From: Pseudomonadota bacterium
Lineage (GTDB): Bacteria > Desulfobacterota > QYQD01
Reading direction: 5' to 3'
Length of the DNA stretch: 49,446 nucleotides
Assembly (NCBI GenBank): GCA_011046395.1
Contig: DSAQ01000131.1
Coordinates: forward strand, 1 to 49,446
The stretch's first letter is position 1; every line of letters begins with the position of its first letter. Below the pieces are notes generated by a model. It was not told where the DNA came from. It did not search any database and was given only the letters and a program-made list of their open reading frames with translations. The position numbers and the translations under genes are program-made. This document shows, piece after piece, positions 46,923-49,446 of the stretch.

Positions 46923-46984
46923 ACCTTTTTAGATGAAGTGATTGTAGCGCAAAAAGACAAGGAATGCAAAAATAAGGTTTTGCA

Positions 46985-48217
46985 ATGATGAGAAACAGAA
47001 CTTTTAGGGCCTTGCAGCATCGTAACTTCCGTCTTTTCTTTTTGGGACAGTTAACCTCTCTTATCGGCAGTTGGATGCAGTCTGTGGCCCAGGGATGGCT
47101 GGTCTTACAACTCAGTAACTCTGCCTTTGCCCTGGGGCTGGTGGGGACCTTCGGATATTTACCCACCATGCTCTTTTCCTTCTGGGGCGGAAGTGTGGCT
47201 GACCGTAAGAGTAAGCGCCGTATTGTGCTTACTACCCAGACAGTAGCTATGTGTATTGCCTTCAGTTTATCCTTCATGGTCATCTTTAACCTGATTAAGA
47301 CCTGGCACGTGGCCTTATTGGCCTTCTTCATGGGTACGGTTACGGCCTTTGATCTCCCCGCCCGTCAATCCTTCCTCATAGAGTTAGTCGGCCGGGAGGA
47401 CCTGACTAATGCCATCGGTCTAAATTCTTCTATATTCAATGCGGCCAGACTTATCGGCCCGGGCATCGCAGGCTTCGTCATCGCCTATTTCGGGGTTGAA
47501 ATATGCTTTTTAATTAATGGCCTCAGTTTCCTGGCTGTAATCGTCAGCCTGTTACGTATGCGAAACTTACAACAGACAGCCATGCTAGGTTTTAAAAAGA
47601 AGGGTAGTATAAAAGATATGGCATATTACATCCACGGGCAGAAAGAAATACTCATGCTCCTTTTGCTGGTGGCCACCTTCAGTATTTTTGTCCTGCCTTA
47701 TACGGTATTGTTACCTATATTCGCCCGTGACATCCTTAAGGTAGGTCCTAAGGGGCTGGGATTTCTCTTCTCCGCTATGGGCCTGGGTGCCTTAATTGGA
47801 GCGATCATGGTGGCTACTATAGCCGGGCAAAGAAACAAGTTGCTTTATCTCTGGACTAACGCCCTCCTATTTGGGGCGTTTATTTTGGGCTTTTCCCTGT
47901 GCAACCGATATTTTCTTGCATTGTTCCTGCTTTTTCTGGCGGGCATGACCATGGTGGGCTTTCTCACCACCGCTAACGCCTATGTTCAGCTTAATGTTCC
48001 GGATGACAGGAGAGGGCGGATTATGGGGCTTTACAGTATTGTATTTCTGGGAATGATGCCGTTGGGAAGCATGCTTTCGGGGAGTCTGTCACAATATATC
48101 GGGGTTCAACGGGCTGTATCTGCAGGCGCTATACTGGCAGAACTAATTACTTTCGGCCTTGGTCTTTATTTACTCTTGATTATGGGTAGCAGAAGACGAT
48201 CGGACAACAAGTACTGA
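46985..48217 (+). CDS. MFS transporter (MFS_3 / EntS-like)
   Basis: 410 aa, about 12 TM segments. N-terminus FRALQHRNFRLFFLGQ and the WGGSVADRKSKRR loop are typical of this MFS subfamily. Confidence 0.8.
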   Translation: MMRNRTFRALQHRNFRLFFLGQLTSLIGSWMQSVAQGWLVLQLSNSAFALGLVGTFGYLPTMLFSFWGGSVADRKSKRRIVLTTQTVAMCIAFSLSFMVIFNLIKTWHVALLAFFMGTVTAFDLPARQSFLIELVGREDLTNAIGLNSSIFNAARLIGPGIAGFVIAYFGVEICFLINGLSFLAVIVSLLRMRNLQQTAMLGFKKKGSIKDMAYYIHGQKEILMLLLLVATFSIFVLPYTVLLPIFARDILKVGPKGLGFLFSAMGLGALIGAIMVATIAGQRNKLLYLWTNALLFGAFILGFSLCNRYFLALFLLFLAGMTMVGFLTTANAYVQLNVPDDRRGRIMGLYSIVFLGMMPLGSMLSGSLSQYIGVQRAVSAGAILAELITFGLGLYLLLIMGSRRRSDNKY

Positions 48218-48625
48218 GCATCTGGCCCTGCGCACAAGCCGATCAGCTACGCTGCCAAAAAGCGTATAGACCAGGCCGGATTCACCATGGGCTCCAACCA
48301 CGATGAGATCAACCCCCTCCTGATCCACAAAATTGGCCATTTCAACAGCCGGGTAACCGGAAAGGACTTTTGATTCGGCAGTGATTGACGGGGGAATGCG
48401 CGGGATATAGTCTTTTTGTAACCGGGCCTCGACATTACGGCTGAAATCAGAGAAATCGATTACCGGCATATAAGGTTCATAGGTAGCCATAGGGGCTATA
48501 TTGATCACGTGCACAATATATAACCGGGCCTTGTATTTGCCCGCTAAGTTAATGGCGTGCTCAAAGGCCACATCTGCATTTTCAGAGAAGTCGGTCCCAA
48601 ACAGTATCTTTTTGTAATCTTCCAT
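48170..48625 (-). CDS. Universal stress protein
   Basis: KKILFGTDFSE ... IVVGAHGESGLVYTLFGSVADRLVRRARCSVLVV. Start ATG 48625 preferred. The 3-prime end overlaps the MFS gene by 48 nt. Confidence 0.85.
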   Translation of the reverse strand: MEDYKKILFGTDFSENADVAFEHAINLAGKYKARLYIVHVINIAPMATYEPYMPVIDFSDFSRNVEARLQKDYIPRIPPSITAESKVLSGYPAVEMANFVDQEGVDLIVVGAHGESGLVYTLFGSVADRLVRRARCSVLVVRSSSATHNQE

Positions 48626-48644
48626 GATCGCTTTCCCGGAGATA

Positions 48645-49130
48645 TTATGAAGCTGGCCACGCAGGCATAATATCCATAATTTCAAAATTACGAAGCCCTC
48701 CCGGCGTCTTTACCTGAACTTCATCGCCTGGTTCTTTTCCAATAAGTGCCCGCCCGAGTGGGGCAATGACCGAGATCCGGCCATTGGAGGCATCCGATTC
48801 ATGCGGACCAACCAATTGATATTTCACCGTTTCTCCCGATTCCAGGTCAGTTAAGGCCACGACGGTTCCAAAAACAACCCGATCACAATTCAGGTTATTA
48901 CAATCAATAATCTCTGAGGTAGAAAGCTTATAATGCAGACCTCGTATCTTGCCCTCGACGAGAGATTGTCTTTCCTTGGCTGCTGCATATTCGGCATTTT
49001 CAGAGAGGTCTCCGTGGCCGCGTGCCTCCTCAATGGCCTTGACTACGGCCGGTCTTTCGATCTTCTCCAGTTTTTCTAACTCGCGACGCAGTTGCTCGTA
49101 ACCTTCTTTGGTAATTGGTGTCCGATTCAT
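48645..49130 (-). CDS. greA: Transcription elongation factor GreA
   Basis: PITKEGYEQLRRELEKL...GDLSENAEYAAAKERQ coiled-coil and a C-terminal FKBP-like domain. Start ATG 49130 preferred. Confidence 0.93.
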   Translation of the reverse strand: MNRTPITKEGYEQLRRELEKLEKIERPAVVKAIEEARGHGDLSENAEYAAAKERQSLVEGKIRGLHYKLSTSEIIDCNNLNCDRVVFGTVVALTDLESGETVKYQLVGPHESDASNGRISVIAPLGRALIGKEPGDEVQVKTPGGLRNFEIMDIMPAWPAS

Positions 49131-49189
49131 GACTTCCTCACTTCCGGGAGATTTCCGTTGTGATACAGGCAAAAAGATTTAACATTTTT

Positions 49190-49316
49190 TGATGACCTCG
49201 TAAAAAGTCAAATTTACCGCCCACGTCGCCGAGAACGCCGAGATAACATATTGAACAGTTTAAAGTTTTTCTCTGCGGGCTCTGCGTACTCAGCGGTGAA
49301 AAGGCTTTTTTACGAA
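49190..49316 (+). mobile_element. MITE-like element, TCGTAAAAAG family, short copy
   Basis: Shares both termini with 45253..45463. The interior carries ctctgcgggctctgcg, related to the CCACAGAG motif family. Confidence 0.6.
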
Positions 49317-49327
49317 TTCATTTTATT

Positions 49328-49348
49328 TGATGACCTCGTAAAAAGTCA
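49328..49348 (+). repeat. Solo left terminus of the TCGTAAAAAG element
   Basis: tgatgacctcgtaaaaagtca repeats the left end of the preceding copy 11 nt after that copy ends. Confidence 0.55.
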
Positions 49349-49446
49349 TGCAGCTGTTTTAAGATCAAACTGAGAGCCAAGTGCAAATGAGGTCAGAATA
49401 TTTTTAAATTGGCCCCAGGTAGTTTCAGTTTGCTCTTTGAAAACAA

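Noticed and set aside
46888-47331. 147-aa minus-strand ORF overlapping the MFS start
   Set aside because: It is antisense to a well-supported transporter gene. It is Lys/Arg-rich with no recognisable domain.

Overview
The window reads as core chromosome of an anaerobic, Desulfobacterota-like (deltaproteobacterial) organism; this taxon call is inferred from gene content only. It is dense in redox and energy genes. A 10-gene minus-strand operon (13537 to 5182) encodes rnfCDGEAB followed by USP, RseC, an ArsB/NhaD-type permease and a tandem USP. A tetrahaem cytochrome c3 gene precedes it, and a Tat-exported ApbE and a second tetrahaem cytochrome lie nearby. The siroheme-dependent (Ahb) haem pathway is split over two loci: ahbC-hemB-ahbD-ahbA/B, and UPF0016-ahbA/B-hemL. 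Other content: an F0-only ATP synthase operon (atpZ-I-B-E) next to rex; CIRCE-controlled groESL; a two-subunit pyruvate carboxylase; aspartase; uvrA, pdxA, hpt and greA; a DUF4390-NtrY-NtrX module; and a ClpX paralogue. The most unusual points: (1) the Rnf complex appears to have lost the RnfC FMN/NADH motifs and the RnfD flavinylation threonine while being cytochrome-linked; (2) a visibly AT-rich islet (about 16.4-19.2 kb) carries an orphan HEPN (Rx4H) protein, a P-type ATPase gene remnant and an AAA+/PD-(D/E)xK ATPase; (3) an orphan histidine kinase with a periplasmic CxxCH site and a cytoplasmic double Cys-Trp cluster is bracketed by two direct copies of a 130-bp MITE. Intergenic DNA is crowded with several repeat families (MITE-like elements, 7-nt-periodic hairpin arrays, CCACAGAG motifs). 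No rRNA, tRNA or CRISPR array was seen.
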